IMG/VR virus record: IMGVR_UViG_3300009506_000019
Location: 64,001 to 128,000 of that record
Strand: one strand, 5' to 3'
Source: a virus
Length of the DNA stretch: 64,000 nt
A program made the translations under genes and the position numbers. The notes under the pieces are model-generated. The model ran no database searches. It was not told the DNA's origin and saw only the letters and a list, made by a program, of their open reading frames with translations. Shown here in pieces: positions 34,649 through 45,916 of the stretch. The first letter of the stretch is position 1. The number at the start of each line of letters is the position of its first letter.

Positions 34649-36595
34649 TTACCAGGTAGTAGTCCAGTAGTATCCATTCCAAACGTACAGAGAACCACTG
34701 TAGTTATATACTGCTCCAGCGTCCTCAACTTCCAAACTTGGCAAAGAAGATACTGGATAAATCCTCAAAGGAATCACGTTTGGATCTGAACTCCCAAGCG
34801 CAAGACATGTTTTCAGACCTTGAGCATTCTTCCATGGAGTTCCAATAATGAACTGTCCCAGCTCTGAAATACCATACCATTCACCACTGTCAACATAAGA
34901 ATCAAAACCAGCCTTCATGTCCACGCCATCCGTTAACCCAAACACTCGTTTATCGTTTGGATCGTTGGGACTGTTGGCTGGTCCAAAGCCATTTCCAAGG
35001 AATCCGGTGCCTGAACCGGAAAACATTGTTGTGCTAAGTAATAGTCTATCGCTGAGCTGTGCAGCAGTCAACATTGCTGTAACTAAAAGATCGACCGTCA
35101 CATCACCAATGGCCCAATCGGAATCTTCTTTTACAAATAAATCTATCCAATACTCCCTTGTTTCATTCCATAAGCGAATGATTCCAGGATCATAATTTAC
35201 AATGTAATCCAAATCAACATATGGACCAAAACCAGCATCGCCTGGAGCCTTGAAATAAATACGCTGACTTGCTGACACATATTGAATTTGTGCTGTTCCG
35301 GCCGGACAGTTGTTGCTCAGGTCTTTCAATTGTGCCAATGTAGAAATAGTAGGAGGTGGTGTGTCAACATACCGCACACGCTCCCGCTTTTGCAATGTGG
35401 CTATACTGTTTCCTGTCCCAATCACGGCATACGTATTGAACAGAATCTGTGCGTCATCCGTTATGTCCGTGAATTGCAAAAGAGGACCATTGATGGTATT
35501 GTGATAGAACCCACCAAGATATAGCTTATCTCCTGCAATAGCTTGTGTAAAATCAATAGAGTGTGGAATGCCGCCAGTGTTCACTATTGGTTCAAGGAAC
35601 CCTGGATCAGAGTCTGGGCTTATACCGCTCGAGTGAAATACTTCCTGGTGAAATTCTGTGTTGGTTTCACCAAGACCAAGATCTCCAGGAGTCAACCCAT
35701 GAGGATTGGTTGGTGTAGGCACGCCACTACCGATAAAGGACCGGTGTTGATCGTCTTTTGCTGTGTGATGTGGGACAGTTTGTGTATATATGTTTGCTAC
35801 AGCAACTGTGGCACTATCATCAGCCAGAGGCAATAACGAATTTGATACCAATACGGTTAGAATATTTCCAGATGGCTGTGATGAAAGCTCAAACACTCCA
35901 CCAATTGCCACGTTGACTGGAACACCGGACGTGTCGTCTGGAGCCACCCATTCCAATTCACCCGTAGAATAGGTATAGGACAACGTACCAACGCCCGCTG
36001 GTGTATTCTCATCAACACGAATAATGGCTACTCCTGGAATAGCACTTCCAGTAACAGTAGCAGTTACACCACCACCAAAGGCAGAAGAAAGCTCGATGTT
36101 TGATGTGACTAGATTGACGCCACTGCCTTGCGCTGTCACTACCGCCAAGACCAAAGATCTATTGTAACTGGTATTGTCTAAATTGGTATCCTCGATCGGT
36201 AGAGCATTAAATTGGCTTTCGGACAAAACTTCGATTCGCACACTTCTATTTGCACGTGTTGGAAAACTATCTCCGGATGTTTCATGTGGTCGTGGGTTGT
36301 CGTGTGTTTCTGTATACACAGCTAGTACGAAGTTCTTGACACCGGCTGTTGAATTGGCTAATTCTACTCCAGCGACACCGTTTTCAACTTCAACCAGTTC
36401 TCCACTTGGAGAATACCCATAACCAACAGCAATATCAACGTTTGGACCATTTGGAGTGACCAACAGTCCTGAAACCACACCCGTGTTGGAGCTGTCTGTC
36501 TGTCTTCGTAGAATATGGAAAATACGAGTATCTTCCGTATTTTTGAGGTCTGATTGCCGTACCTCAACACCCTCAGGATATAGGCTTCTGTCCAT
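34649..36595 (-). CDS. Putative tail fibre/baseplate-attached protein (short paralog)
   Basis: MDRSLYPEGVEV.QSDLK.TEDTR, PHETSGDSFPT, GSGVPTP.NPHGLT shared. Confidence 0.7.
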   Translation of the reverse strand: MDRSLYPEGVEVRQSDLKNTEDTRIFHILRRQTDSSNTGVVSGLLVTPNGPNVDIAVGYGYSPSGELVEVENGVAGVELANSTAGVKNFVLAVYTETHDNPRPHETSGDSFPTRANRSVRIEVLSESQFNALPIEDTNLDNTSYNRSLVLAVVTAQGSGVNLVTSNIELSSAFGGGVTATVTGSAIPGVAIIRVDENTPAGVGTLSYTYSTGELEWVAPDDTSGVPVNVAIGGVFELSSQPSGNILTVLVSNSLLPLADDSATVAVANIYTQTVPHHTAKDDQHRSFIGSGVPTPTNPHGLTPGDLGLGETNTEFHQEVFHSSGISPDSDPGFLEPIVNTGGIPHSIDFTQAIAGDKLYLGGFYHNTINGPLLQFTDITDDAQILFNTYAVIGTGNSIATLQKRERVRYVDTPPPTISTLAQLKDLSNNCPAGTAQIQYVSASQRIYFKAPGDAGFGPYVDLDYIVNYDPGIIRLWNETREYWIDLFVKEDSDWAIGDVTVDLLVTAMLTAAQLSDRLLLSTTMFSGSGTGFLGNGFGPANSPNDPNDKRVFGLTDGVDMKAGFDSYVDSGEWYGISELGQFIIGTPWKNAQGLKTCLALGSSDPNVIPLRIYPVSSLPSLEVEDAGAVYNYSGSLYVWNGYYWTTTW

Positions 36596-36604
36596 AACTT
36601 CCTC

Positions 36605-39600
36605 TTAAAATCCGGGTGGTGGCGATCCAACACCAGTCATATTCAAACCTTTGACCACAGCGCTGTGAACTCTCAAATCTCTAATATCTGAGATGTTCTT
36701 GAACGTGAGCCTAATCTGATGGAATCGCTTGCTTCCATCGATGCAACTATTGATGTCAAATTCAAAGTATGTGGCAGCACTCAAACTGAACGCTGTGTTT
36801 GCGCTTCTCACCTCTGATATTATGCTAACAGCACGTGCTGGGTCAACCAATTGTTGGTTATATTCAATATTGTAAATGGCTGCTGGATTATATTGGTTTC
36901 CGTCCAATCTTATAGTGGACGAATCAACATATATCCATGCTGACAGTGGGACAACTCTTTTGGCCGTGCCGATGTCTTCTGTCAACACCGATTTCAATTT
37001 ATCTTGATCAGAACGCCTTGGAAGCGTAGATTCAAAGGCCGCATTGAAAAAGATGGATGACACTTCTCTAATGGACGACACATCACTTGTGTGTCTGTTC
37101 CACACCACATAATCAGCAAACCACGTCTCATTTCCATTATTGGGCGGTGTACTCAAATCGATTGGGCCTGTTTCCATGCGTGTCAATAGTTGATACTCAA
37201 TAGTATATGTCGCACCAGGCACAAAACCAGACAGCACTTCTATCTCAGACGCTGTATTGAATTGCCATTGGTTGTTTGGTAGTGGAATACCATTTTGATA
37301 GAGTATTGCTCTGTCTTGGTCTTGATCACAATAGAAAAACAGGTTGGCTACGTATGGTGCCACCTGTGTAAATTGAAGCTCTTCATTTTCTTGCTGGCTG
37401 ATACGTACTGGCTTAAGATAGCTGAACCTAGTTGGTGACCTACTCTCTATTTCCAGATTGGTAAGAGTGGCACCTAACCATTCTGCCTCATCAACAAACC
37501 CTCGTACATTTACAACATCGCCACTAACTACATCAGTAACATCGAAGGCATCGATTTGTTCGTGGGCATTGTGTATGTTTCTGATCAAACCAGATATAGA
37601 TGGAGCATCCAATCCGAGCACATTCTTCTCTGTAACAGAAAGTTCATCTGGAGACCACACATACAGCAAAGAACCGAAGTTAGATCGTCCACCAGATCTT
37701 GGAATAGTGCCATCACCCAGATACAAAGAGTCAAATGGCTCTTGAAGCAATACTGCACGCTCTACTATGGCTCTTTCTGCCCCACTTCCACCTGTGGTTC
37801 TTCTGATACTTACCTTGAATTGAGTAGCATCTGGCGGCAATACCTGTGAAAATTCTAACATCTGAGGATATTGTACGGTGTCTGTTGGATCAGACACCAA
37901 CAACCCAGAACTTTCTATCAGGCCAGAACCAAAGTCAAACCCCAACTTAAATTCCAAAGCATGTCCGCTCAAAGCTACGTTACGTACCCATACTTTGAAA
38001 TTGAACAAGAAACCGCATTGATCCTGACGAAATGGCACACTTCTTTCAAAAATAACATCGTGAGTTGTGTCATCGATAAGTATGGCTCCCTTTGCAAATT
38101 TTGCTTCAGGAGTCATCACAAATTCTCGAGGAGCGGAAGACTTGTCAATCCATCCAGATGGGAGTTTTGGTTCTCCAATCACAATGTTTGCTTGGCTGGA
38201 CACCAACGCCGGTTCTTCTGAAACAACTGTGTCTATGGTCAAGTCGCCAAATGTGTCTTCACTCCCAGACTCAATTGGTGGCACGCGTGTCTTTGGTATT
38301 ACTTCATATGTTCCATTCAGAATATCATAGTTGCCCTTTATCGGGTCTTTGAGAGCCCAAATTTCATTACCACCACTTGGTGTTACACTTATTACTGTTG
38401 CAACTTCTCCAGAACTCCATGGAGTAACACGAATACTTGTAGTAACAGAATTTACAATAGAAAATTGATGTAGTATCGCCGCTTTAACTCCAGACACATT
38501 TGGAAGTGTACCAATATTTAGCGGATCAACATAAATATCAATCCATTTATAACCATCAATAGGAGCGCTGTAAAGACGAATATACCCACCACCACCGATT
38601 GAAACAAATGAACTCCATGTAGAAGAATACGGGGGTTTCCAACGAAGAAATGTTCCAGCCTGCTGCCAATCAAATTCCATCTGATTAGTAAAATTTATTT
38701 CATCAGGAATGCTGGGATCTGTTGCTAATATATAGACATACCATAAGCTTGCAAATGGAACATTTTTATGTGCTCGTTCCTGCACACCAGCTGAATTAGT
38801 ACGATCGTATCGTATAAGTAATTGTTGAGACGACTCATTAACATCCAATACGGGATGTACACCTCTCATGCAACTCACATATTTATCACCTGATCCTGAC
38901 AACACATTTAGCAATATGTGTGTGATCCCTCTTTTTAAAGTAAATGAACCGCTGAAATTTTCAATGTATGCTTCATGTCCATATGATCCACCAATAGGAT
39001 TTAACTCAAAATCAACTAATGTTCCAGTACCTAAATCATTACCTTGTCCTCTGCCGATAATCACATCGAATGGAACATCAACAACACCATTTACGCTGTT
39101 GAAGCTTTCCATCGTACCATTCGTAACCACAACTTCTGTGTCATTTTCAGACACAGATGCCTGCAATAAGGCATATTTTTGGTCAAGGCCAAAGACATCC
39201 CTATGATGACTGAATGGGCCATCTAGCACTTGAACAGTTGATGGTCCATCTGCAATAAAATCATTTTCAGAGTTGATTCTGAGCTTGGTGGTAGACAAGA
39301 CAGTTTCAATTGGGCTTTGATACCTATTTTCTATGACGAATGTGTCGGTTGCTGTAGGTGGGGTGTCAAAGCCAACAAACACATCAATGTGGTCTGTCCC
39401 ATTATCTGAATATAATCTGGAGACTCCACCTGGAGTGAAAGTAACTGGTGCTCCCAAAGCACCATCGGTTGGAGACTGATACGATAGATTTCCAAAACCA
39501 TCTGAGTTGATAGTGCCTGTTCCAGTGAGTATTGCTGGGTTTACATTTAATTCTGTATGATCGCTTACGGATATTACTTCAAGATATCCGTCCAACGAAC

Positions 39601-40705
39601 CACCGGGTTGACTCTGTACTCGCCTAAATTGTTCATAATGCAGACTATTTTTCATATATAGGTTCATAGAACCAGCAACCAAACCTACATCAAAATCAAA
39701 CCATAACCTTGGGATGAAGATACCACGATTGTCTACATTGAGGTAGAGTCTGACCCCGGTAGCTGGAGTAAAACCTGTTGGAGCAAACAATGAATCGAAA
39801 AACGCCTTGGATCTTCCGGTAGGAATTACATACCTACCATCAACAGAAACTACCGGGCTATCATAGAATCTTGGTGTATTAAGAAGTGGGACAAATTTAA
39901 GTATGTCCGGTGGAACCCAAACAAACCGTTTGAAGCGTTTGCTGTATGTGAGTGTTCCGGTTCCCGTGTTTGCATAGGCATCTGCTTCAACCAGCGTAAC
40001 AAAATCACCAACGGAATTGATCTCTGTCACTAGGTCACTGCCATCCAAAGGACGGACAGCTTCTTGAAAATCGTTGTTTGGCAACCTATTGCGTCCGAGA
40101 ATCCAACGTGGGGCGTTTATAGAACGCGAAAAGATAAGAGGGTTTACTTGTGTGATAGCCGCGACCACAGCACGTTTCCCAGACAATCTGCCACCGAATT
40201 GTCTGAACGCCTGACGCATGAATTGAAGAATCTCTCTATATGTCTCGAGATCAGCACCAAATTCGTTAGGGGTAAGAAGCCGTACACCATGCGCCAAATC
40301 AATATCTGTAGAGCCAGCCTCAGCAAGCCTGAACGCCTTGAGTGTTGACTCAATGTAGTCATCGATTACTTCTGCTTGTTCAGCAATGGCGGCATGCCAC
40401 ACGCTGAAATCTTTGGTTGTGACATACGCGGTGACTTTGTTTTCACTAGCTTCTTGATGTAATTCTACTACCACATCTCCAAGAGGAAGATGTAGCTCGA
40501 AAATGGCGTTTCCATTCACATCGGTCGTAACAAACCCACTCTCAATGTCATTGACGAATATTTGATAGGTTGTATTTGGATTATTGGTCAATAATCTGAG
40601 CTGGGTATTGCCACTTCTATAAGGTATTACGTTCCCAATTGCATCGTAAAATTGACCAGCTGGAACGTAAGAACCTAGGTCAGTATATCTGGTCTCAGTT
40701 GTCAT
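36605..40705 (-). CDS. Large baseplate wedge/tail protein
   Basis: 1366 aa in tail module; DLETYREIL segment resembles gpI-like wedge domain. Confidence 0.55.
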   Translation of the reverse strand: MTTETRYTDLGSYVPAGQFYDAIGNVIPYRSGNTQLRLLTNNPNTTYQIFVNDIESGFVTTDVNGNAIFELHLPLGDVVVELHQEASENKVTAYVTTKDFSVWHAAIAEQAEVIDDYIESTLKAFRLAEAGSTDIDLAHGVRLLTPNEFGADLETYREILQFMRQAFRQFGGRLSGKRAVVAAITQVNPLIFSRSINAPRWILGRNRLPNNDFQEAVRPLDGSDLVTEINSVGDFVTLVEADAYANTGTGTLTYSKRFKRFVWVPPDILKFVPLLNTPRFYDSPVVSVDGRYVIPTGRSKAFFDSLFAPTGFTPATGVRLYLNVDNRGIFIPRLWFDFDVGLVAGSMNLYMKNSLHYEQFRRVQSQPGGSLDGYLEVISVSDHTELNVNPAILTGTGTINSDGFGNLSYQSPTDGALGAPVTFTPGGVSRLYSDNGTDHIDVFVGFDTPPTATDTFVIENRYQSPIETVLSTTKLRINSENDFIADGPSTVQVLDGPFSHHRDVFGLDQKYALLQASVSENDTEVVVTNGTMESFNSVNGVVDVPFDVIIGRGQGNDLGTGTLVDFELNPIGGSYGHEAYIENFSGSFTLKRGITHILLNVLSGSGDKYVSCMRGVHPVLDVNESSQQLLIRYDRTNSAGVQERAHKNVPFASLWYVYILATDPSIPDEINFTNQMEFDWQQAGTFLRWKPPYSSTWSSFVSIGGGGYIRLYSAPIDGYKWIDIYVDPLNIGTLPNVSGVKAAILHQFSIVNSVTTSIRVTPWSSGEVATVISVTPSGGNEIWALKDPIKGNYDILNGTYEVIPKTRVPPIESGSEDTFGDLTIDTVVSEEPALVSSQANIVIGEPKLPSGWIDKSSAPREFVMTPEAKFAKGAILIDDTTHDVIFERSVPFRQDQCGFLFNFKVWVRNVALSGHALEFKLGFDFGSGLIESSGLLVSDPTDTVQYPQMLEFSQVLPPDATQFKVSIRRTTGGSGAERAIVERAVLLQEPFDSLYLGDGTIPRSGGRSNFGSLLYVWSPDELSVTEKNVLGLDAPSISGLIRNIHNAHEQIDAFDVTDVVSGDVVNVRGFVDEAEWLGATLTNLEIESRSPTRFSYLKPVRISQQENEELQFTQVAPYVANLFFYCDQDQDRAILYQNGIPLPNNQWQFNTASEIEVLSGFVPGATYTIEYQLLTRMETGPIDLSTPPNNGNETWFADYVVWNRHTSDVSSIREVSSIFFNAAFESTLPRRSDQDKLKSVLTEDIGTAKRVVPLSAWIYVDSSTIRLDGNQYNPAAIYNIEYNQQLVDPARAVSIISEVRSANTAFSLSAATYFEFDINSCIDGSKRFHQIRLTFKNISDIRDLRVHSAVVKGLNMTGVGSPPPGF

Positions 40706-41370
40706 GACTTATATATCTCTACTCTGTCAACGAAGGTGCTTTCTCCGGGAGTAATCAAACCGCCAATCCCAATTTTATCAGTTTGAGGGATACCACTTCT
40801 ATTCTCTAGAATATTTGGGCTTACCTTCAACCAATCTGGAGTGGTTATCTGATGATAGTTTAGATCGTTGGTAAATACCTGTACAACAGCCCTTCCATCG
40901 GACTGCAAAAGAAAATCGAGTCTAATGTGAAACCATTTATATTGTCCATTGGTTCCACCAAGAAGCGGCTGCTCATATAACTTGGTAGATGTCCCATTTA
41001 GCAACCGATACAAATTCAATGTGTGATCGTCCAGAATGAGCAGTTGATATCCGTTGGGCGTGAATTGATCTATAATGTCACCAGAAACTGGTGTCACTGT
41101 AACATCATCATCCATGCGCAAGCCAATACCTGCCATATGCACCAGTGCATCTGTCTTTTTGATAGAAAAGGCAGCTCGAATACTCAAATCCTGAATCAAT
41201 GTGTATTGTTCACTGATGTACTTGAAAAACCAATGGCCACGATCACCACTAAAACTTCTGCAATACAAATCGTGAGCTAGCTGGTCATCAGGCACCGTAA
41301 CGTTCTCTTGGCGACCATCAACGATGGTACCAGCACCAGATGTTAATTTTTCCCAATCAAGCTGTCCCAT
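40702..41370 (-). CDS. Putative beta-sandwich (lectin-like) virion protein
   Basis: N-terminal MxxxDW, beta-rich, C-terminal GIGG...VDRVEI. Confidence 0.55.
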   Translation of the reverse strand: MGQLDWEKLTSGAGTIVDGRQENVTVPDDQLAHDLYCRSFSGDRGHWFFKYISEQYTLIQDLSIRAAFSIKKTDALVHMAGIGLRMDDDVTVTPVSGDIIDQFTPNGYQLLILDDHTLNLYRLLNGTSTKLYEQPLLGGTNGQYKWFHIRLDFLLQSDGRAVVQVFTNDLNYHQITTPDWLKVSPNILENRSGIPQTDKIGIGGLITPGESTFVDRVEIYKS

Positions 41371-41377
41371 ATCAATC

Positions 41378-42199
41378 TCACGGAGGAATAACTTCGTAGT
41401 TGGTTATAATTACGTCTTCAACTTCCATCTCCAAGAAATATGGTGATCCTCCATACCAGTTGGTAGATGTGCTGTCTGTTTGAAACCCAAAACCAGGATA
41501 GAACCCACTAGACAAATCAATGCCAACACCAAGTATTTCGGTATTGTAATCGTATGAACCAATTTGCTCCCAATCAGACCAGCCAACACTACCAGGCGGT
41601 GTCATCTCTGTACCACCATTGTAGCGGATCATCATTCTAAAATCTTCGCTGCCTAGCACAAGATCATTGAGTAGGAAAACTACTTCAAATTGTCTCCACT
41701 GTGTGCCGCCTATTTTTGGAACACTCTCAAGAGAAGCAGATGGAGCATTGGCTTCACCACCAGCCACCGTAACTCCATTTGCAATCCTTCTTGTCCAAAG
41801 ATCAAGACCAGTTGTGCCAAGATTGTTGTTGAACCCAACCATAATAAGATCGATGTCTGCGTCTGGTGTTGGTGTTCCTTGATAATATCCATCATCACCT
41901 ATCAAAGCTGGACTAATAATTGCCCCAAACCTGAAGTTGTTTGGGTTAACCACACCACCAGCCATTGCCATTGAGATAGCACAATACTTTGTTGGTAGAA
42001 CCGCGCTGCCTGGTCCCTTATAGAGTTGCCCCCAAATCTTTGGCACTGTTCCACCAGACGACAACTCTGTATGTAGAATAGGATTACCACTGGCACCAGG
42101 CGGGAAAGATGACTGAGATGTTTCTTTGGCTACAAGTCGCAACCCATAGCCGCCGAAATCGGCACCATTTCTAAATTCTGTCCAGTTTGCCTGTGCCAT
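41378..42199 (-). CDS. Putative beta-sandwich virion protein, paralog of 42199..42915
   Basis: MAQANW, QFE...R.NGGT..T.PGS.GW, GFG. Confidence 0.6.
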   Translation of the reverse strand: MAQANWTEFRNGADFGGYGLRLVAKETSQSSFPPGASGNPILHTELSSGGTVPKIWGQLYKGPGSAVLPTKYCAISMAMAGGVVNPNNFRFGAIISPALIGDDGYYQGTPTPDADIDLIMVGFNNNLGTTGLDLWTRRIANGVTVAGGEANAPSASLESVPKIGGTQWRQFEVVFLLNDLVLGSEDFRMMIRYNGGTEMTPPGSVGWSDWEQIGSYDYNTEILGVGIDLSSGFYPGFGFQTDSTSTNWYGGSPYFLEMEVEDVIITNYEVIPP

Positions 42200-42915
42200 T
42201 AGTCAATCAACTCCTGCGTGATTGACACGCGATCCCAATAGTGCCCATTACTGATATACGCACCAGAAGTTCTGGCCATAATGCCAAAACCCCAATACCC
42301 AGCATTGTACAAGACACCTGGGGAAGAATCTATATCTGTGAGCCCAAAATTTGTCCAACCAGGACTTCCTGGCAATGTGAGCTGAGTTCCATTGTTTCTT
42401 CGTGTGTATGTTTCTACATTTCCACCATTGTTGATCAAACGCATCTCGAATTGAGTATAGTAAGTTGAATAATCAACCACGTTGTAGATAAATGTTCCAG
42501 CAATCTTACTTGCAACACCATTTACTATTTTATACATCGCCCAATAGGCGTTGTTGTCTGTGGTGGCGTCCATTTCGACACCAGCCATATAGAAATTAAG
42601 ATCATTTGGATCAGAAATTACACCATTCAGATTTATTTGTGATCGTAGGATAACTCCAGTCAAAAGTGGACCAGAGTAGTTGGAACGAATAGCTGCAGAG
42701 ATTTGCCCTTCCAAAAGTGGAAATTCACCAATGTCAGGACCGTTATACATATATCCCATTACTGGATTGGGAGAGCCTCCAGTCCAGGCTCCATAGGTGA
42801 GTTTCAATGCTGTAGTGTCTCCACCAGGGGACACTTCTGTTGCAGTCTGTACACCATTAAAAACCTGGTCTCCAGGAGCATTGTATTCGAAAAAATTCCA
42901 GTCAGCTTTTGCCAT
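42199..42915 (-). CDS. Putative beta-sandwich virion protein
   Basis: MAKADW, QFE...RRNNGT.LT.PGS.GW, GFG. Confidence 0.6.
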   Translation of the reverse strand: MAKADWNFFEYNAPGDQVFNGVQTATEVSPGGDTTALKLTYGAWTGGSPNPVMGYMYNGPDIGEFPLLEGQISAAIRSNYSGPLLTGVILRSQINLNGVISDPNDLNFYMAGVEMDATTDNNAYWAMYKIVNGVASKIAGTFIYNVVDYSTYYTQFEMRLINNGGNVETYTRRNNGTQLTLPGSPGWTNFGLTDIDSSPGVLYNAGYWGFGIMARTSGAYISNGHYWDRVSITQELID

Positions 42916-42917
42916 AA

Positions 42918-45005
42918 TTACTCCGTATTGAACGTTCTCAATCTGCAGTCGCCAGCACTAGTTGGACTCATCTGTCCAAAGAACGAGGTCGCGTCCAATC
43001 CATTATGGAATCTATGCCAAAGCTGTACCTTGGTTCCATTTGAACTATCACCAGGATTACCTACTTGCTCTCCAGCCAATGACCAACCATTAGACCAACC
43101 AAGAAGAATGGTATCATTGCGATAATATGCAGAAACTGTAGCCCATAGCTGTTGTTGTTGTCCATTTATTCCACTAGAAAGTACAACCACATCGCTGCCA
43201 CTAAAGTATCCACCTCTGTTTACATCAAGCACGTTAACATCAGACAACAACCCGGTGTATTCCGCAACAAAGAACGCTGCATTGTAGTCACCAGCAGCCA
43301 AGTTTACCGTCAACGATGGTGTCACAGTACCATCTACATCATATCCAACCCAATACTCCATGGAGCCGTCACGATTTCCAACCCAAGTTACGCCAGTTTG
43401 AACTATAGACGTAATAGCACGAATGATGGAAGATCCAGCCAGTATCAGAATGTTTCCTGGGGTTGGTGTAACACCGAAAGTTATGGGAATGGACGATGAT
43501 CCACCAGCAATGTGAGAAGCTCCAACCGATTGAACCAACGACACTGGATGTGGTGGATACCAATCTGAGAAATCTTCAACATCTTTCACTGGAGTTGTTG
43601 GGTTGTCTCCAGTTCCGTATTCAAGATAGCTTGGGTCCAAATTCTCTTCGGGATAGATTCTGTTCTTGGTCCAACCATCTCCTGTAAGATCGTTCCAATA
43701 GACAGGTGGTTCTTCAAAGCCTTCCTCTACTGGATCATCTGACATCTTAGCGTAGTCTTTCCAACCACTCACAAATTCTTCATACGGAAAGACCGATGGT
43801 TCAAAATAAGATGGAAAGCCACTGAATTCCAAATTGTCCAATGGAATTTCGGCTACTGGCTCGAGTTCTTCTTCCAAGGCTGTAGACTCATACTTCTTTT
43901 TAACAATTGAGTCTACAATATCTAACTGTGCTGTGAGACTCTTACCAATTATGAACTCCTGTGGTGGCAGCACATAGGTAAATCTTTTTATGGCTTCTGC
44001 GTTTCCATGAATGCCAAGAATTTTCACTGGATACTGACCAACATTCGCTCCACCAGGAACATTTTGAATTAACAAGTCCCTCAAAATTGGTGGACGTGAT
44101 GGTGGCTTAATGAACATATCAGCAGAGTGCTGAGCTTCCGATGTTTTCTTTAGATATGTATCTACTGATTGAAATACAGAACTAGCCCCAACCAGCAACG
44201 AGTCTGCTGTATGCTGCTTTGTACTGGTTTTTCGAAGCAAAGTGTCTGTGTCATGATCAATCTCTGATACGAGCCGCACGAACGAATCAGTTGTGTGATT
44301 GTCTTCATATTGAAGAGAACCAGCAAAGGCAGCCATTACGGCCGTGTAATCAGCTGGATTTCCGACACCAGTTATACAATTCAGACCTTGTTCGTCTGTA
44401 ATTTTATATGCTAAGTATCCATAGGCATTGCTCTCTATTGGATTTGCGCCAGTATCTTCTTGTCCCAGCCAGATAAACCCATTGGTTGGAGCAATTATTG
44501 GATCATTGTCTCTTTCATTCCATACGAAAAATGCAACCAACAACGAGGGTGGAATAGGCGTTGCGCCAATAGCAGTTGTGTCGAACGCATTATTAGTATC
44601 GCTCTTGGTTGCGGATGTTACAAATACATTAAGGTCATCCGTATTAAGACCACCAACGCTCATACCCAGAGACACTATTCTGCTGTTTGCAGTGCCTGGA
44701 TAGATGTCGATATCAAAATTTTGATTTCCACCAAAACCAGTGTTTTTGCTTGATACCCAAACTTGCGTGTGTAATATACCACCACCAGCAACAGACCGAG
44801 AATGTTGAAACACTCTCGTCATGGTCATTTGATTGATTAAGGTGTCATGATGTACATCGATACTGGTAATTCCATACGGGACATAATCTTGAATGCCAAC
44901 ACAGATGATTGCTCTTTCACCAGTAGATACACTGAGACCATCCAAATTACTGTGAACAGCACTATTATCATGCCTTTTGGCAAAATCGTGATAGGTTATG
45001 GTCAT
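42918..45005 (-). CDS. Putative virion structural protein
   Basis: 695-aa ORF in tail module with overlapping stop/start. Confidence 0.6.
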   Translation of the reverse strand: MTITYHDFAKRHDNSAVHSNLDGLSVSTGERAIICVGIQDYVPYGITSIDVHHDTLINQMTMTRVFQHSRSVAGGGILHTQVWVSSKNTGFGGNQNFDIDIYPGTANSRIVSLGMSVGGLNTDDLNVFVTSATKSDTNNAFDTTAIGATPIPPSLLVAFFVWNERDNDPIIAPTNGFIWLGQEDTGANPIESNAYGYLAYKITDEQGLNCITGVGNPADYTAVMAAFAGSLQYEDNHTTDSFVRLVSEIDHDTDTLLRKTSTKQHTADSLLVGASSVFQSVDTYLKKTSEAQHSADMFIKPPSRPPILRDLLIQNVPGGANVGQYPVKILGIHGNAEAIKRFTYVLPPQEFIIGKSLTAQLDIVDSIVKKKYESTALEEELEPVAEIPLDNLEFSGFPSYFEPSVFPYEEFVSGWKDYAKMSDDPVEEGFEEPPVYWNDLTGDGWTKNRIYPEENLDPSYLEYGTGDNPTTPVKDVEDFSDWYPPHPVSLVQSVGASHIAGGSSSIPITFGVTPTPGNILILAGSSIIRAITSIVQTGVTWVGNRDGSMEYWVGYDVDGTVTPSLTVNLAAGDYNAAFFVAEYTGLLSDVNVLDVNRGGYFSGSDVVVLSSGINGQQQQLWATVSAYYRNDTILLGWSNGWSLAGEQVGNPGDSSNGTKVQLWHRFHNGLDATSFFGQMSPTSAGDCRLRTFNTE

Positions 45006-45376
45006 GGCAATTCAAAATCCCTGAGCTTTGGAGGATAGAACCATGGATGATCTTCTTTGAAATCGCCAGCCGCCTCTATAAATCCATCCTCAAATACATA
45101 TGACATGGATTGAACGATTTCATCACCAACTTTCATTCTCCATCCAACAATATGACAGGCTTTTTCTGGTCCTCCTACAGTCTTTTCCACTCTTCTCCTA
45201 TACACTAATTTGCGTCTTTCGTCTAAGAACAACTTTAAGACGCAATCGCTATCTTTCATCAACAAAAAGACTCGCACACGGTCTCTGTCAATGATGTCAG
45301 CAGACACAGGGGATCCATCTTCGTTGTATTTTCTCACAACAGTGCCGTCGTCGTATTCAGCAAGCCACCAGTACAT
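45002..45376 (-). CDS. Hypothetical phage protein
   Basis: W.AEYDDGT motif; operon spacing. Confidence 0.65.
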   Translation of the reverse strand: MYWWLAEYDDGTVVRKYNEDGSPVSADIIDRDRVRVFLLMKDSDCVLKLFLDERRKLVYRRRVEKTVGGPEKACHIVGWRMKVGDEIVQSMSYVFEDGFIEAAGDFKEDHPWFYPPKLRDFELP

Positions 45377-45377
45377 A

Positions 45378-45908
45378 TCAAGTCTCGTCGTATCTCCAGG
45401 TCATGGTGATAGGCGTAACTGCGCCCGGACTTGCCGATGCCCCAACACCAAATTGGTAAACCATGAAATCGCCAACAGGCCCGGTGCTGGTGGTTGAACC
45501 AGAAATGGAGAATGGACTACCAGACGTGTAGGGTGTCAAGTCAACTGGTGTTGCCCCGAGCGATGGATAGTTCGTGGTGTTCAACACGTCTCCGGTGTCC
45601 CCAACACTGCCAGTAGCTTCAACATAACTGCTAGCAGAGTAGCCTTTCAAAGTAAGGCCAGGGTCCAAAGCTCCACTCATGAACCAACGAATATTGTCCA
45701 GAGTGCCGCCCAATCCAGAAACCACCTCGAGTTGAGTAGATACCCAAAATGAGTATTTAGTTCCTGTGGTTGGAATGGCCACTGGATTGTTGGTCCCTGC
45801 GGTGGTGTGCGTATCCTCCGCGTTGGCACGGGTATTTATGCCCGTAATGTTCGATGCCGCGCCAGGCGACACCCCATTGAATCTATTTATGATTACGACA
45901 GCTGCCAT
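45378..45908 (-). CDS. Putative virion structural protein
   Basis: AGGAG RBS; T/G/S-rich, ends TWRYDET. Confidence 0.65.
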   Translation of the reverse strand: MAAVVIINRFNGVSPGAASNITGINTRANAEDTHTTAGTNNPVAIPTTGTKYSFWVSTQLEVVSGLGGTLDNIRWFMSGALDPGLTLKGYSASSYVEATGSVGDTGDVLNTTNYPSLGATPVDLTPYTSGSPFSISGSTTSTGPVGDFMVYQFGVGASASPGAVTPITMTWRYDET

Positions 45909-45916
45909 GTTAGCTC

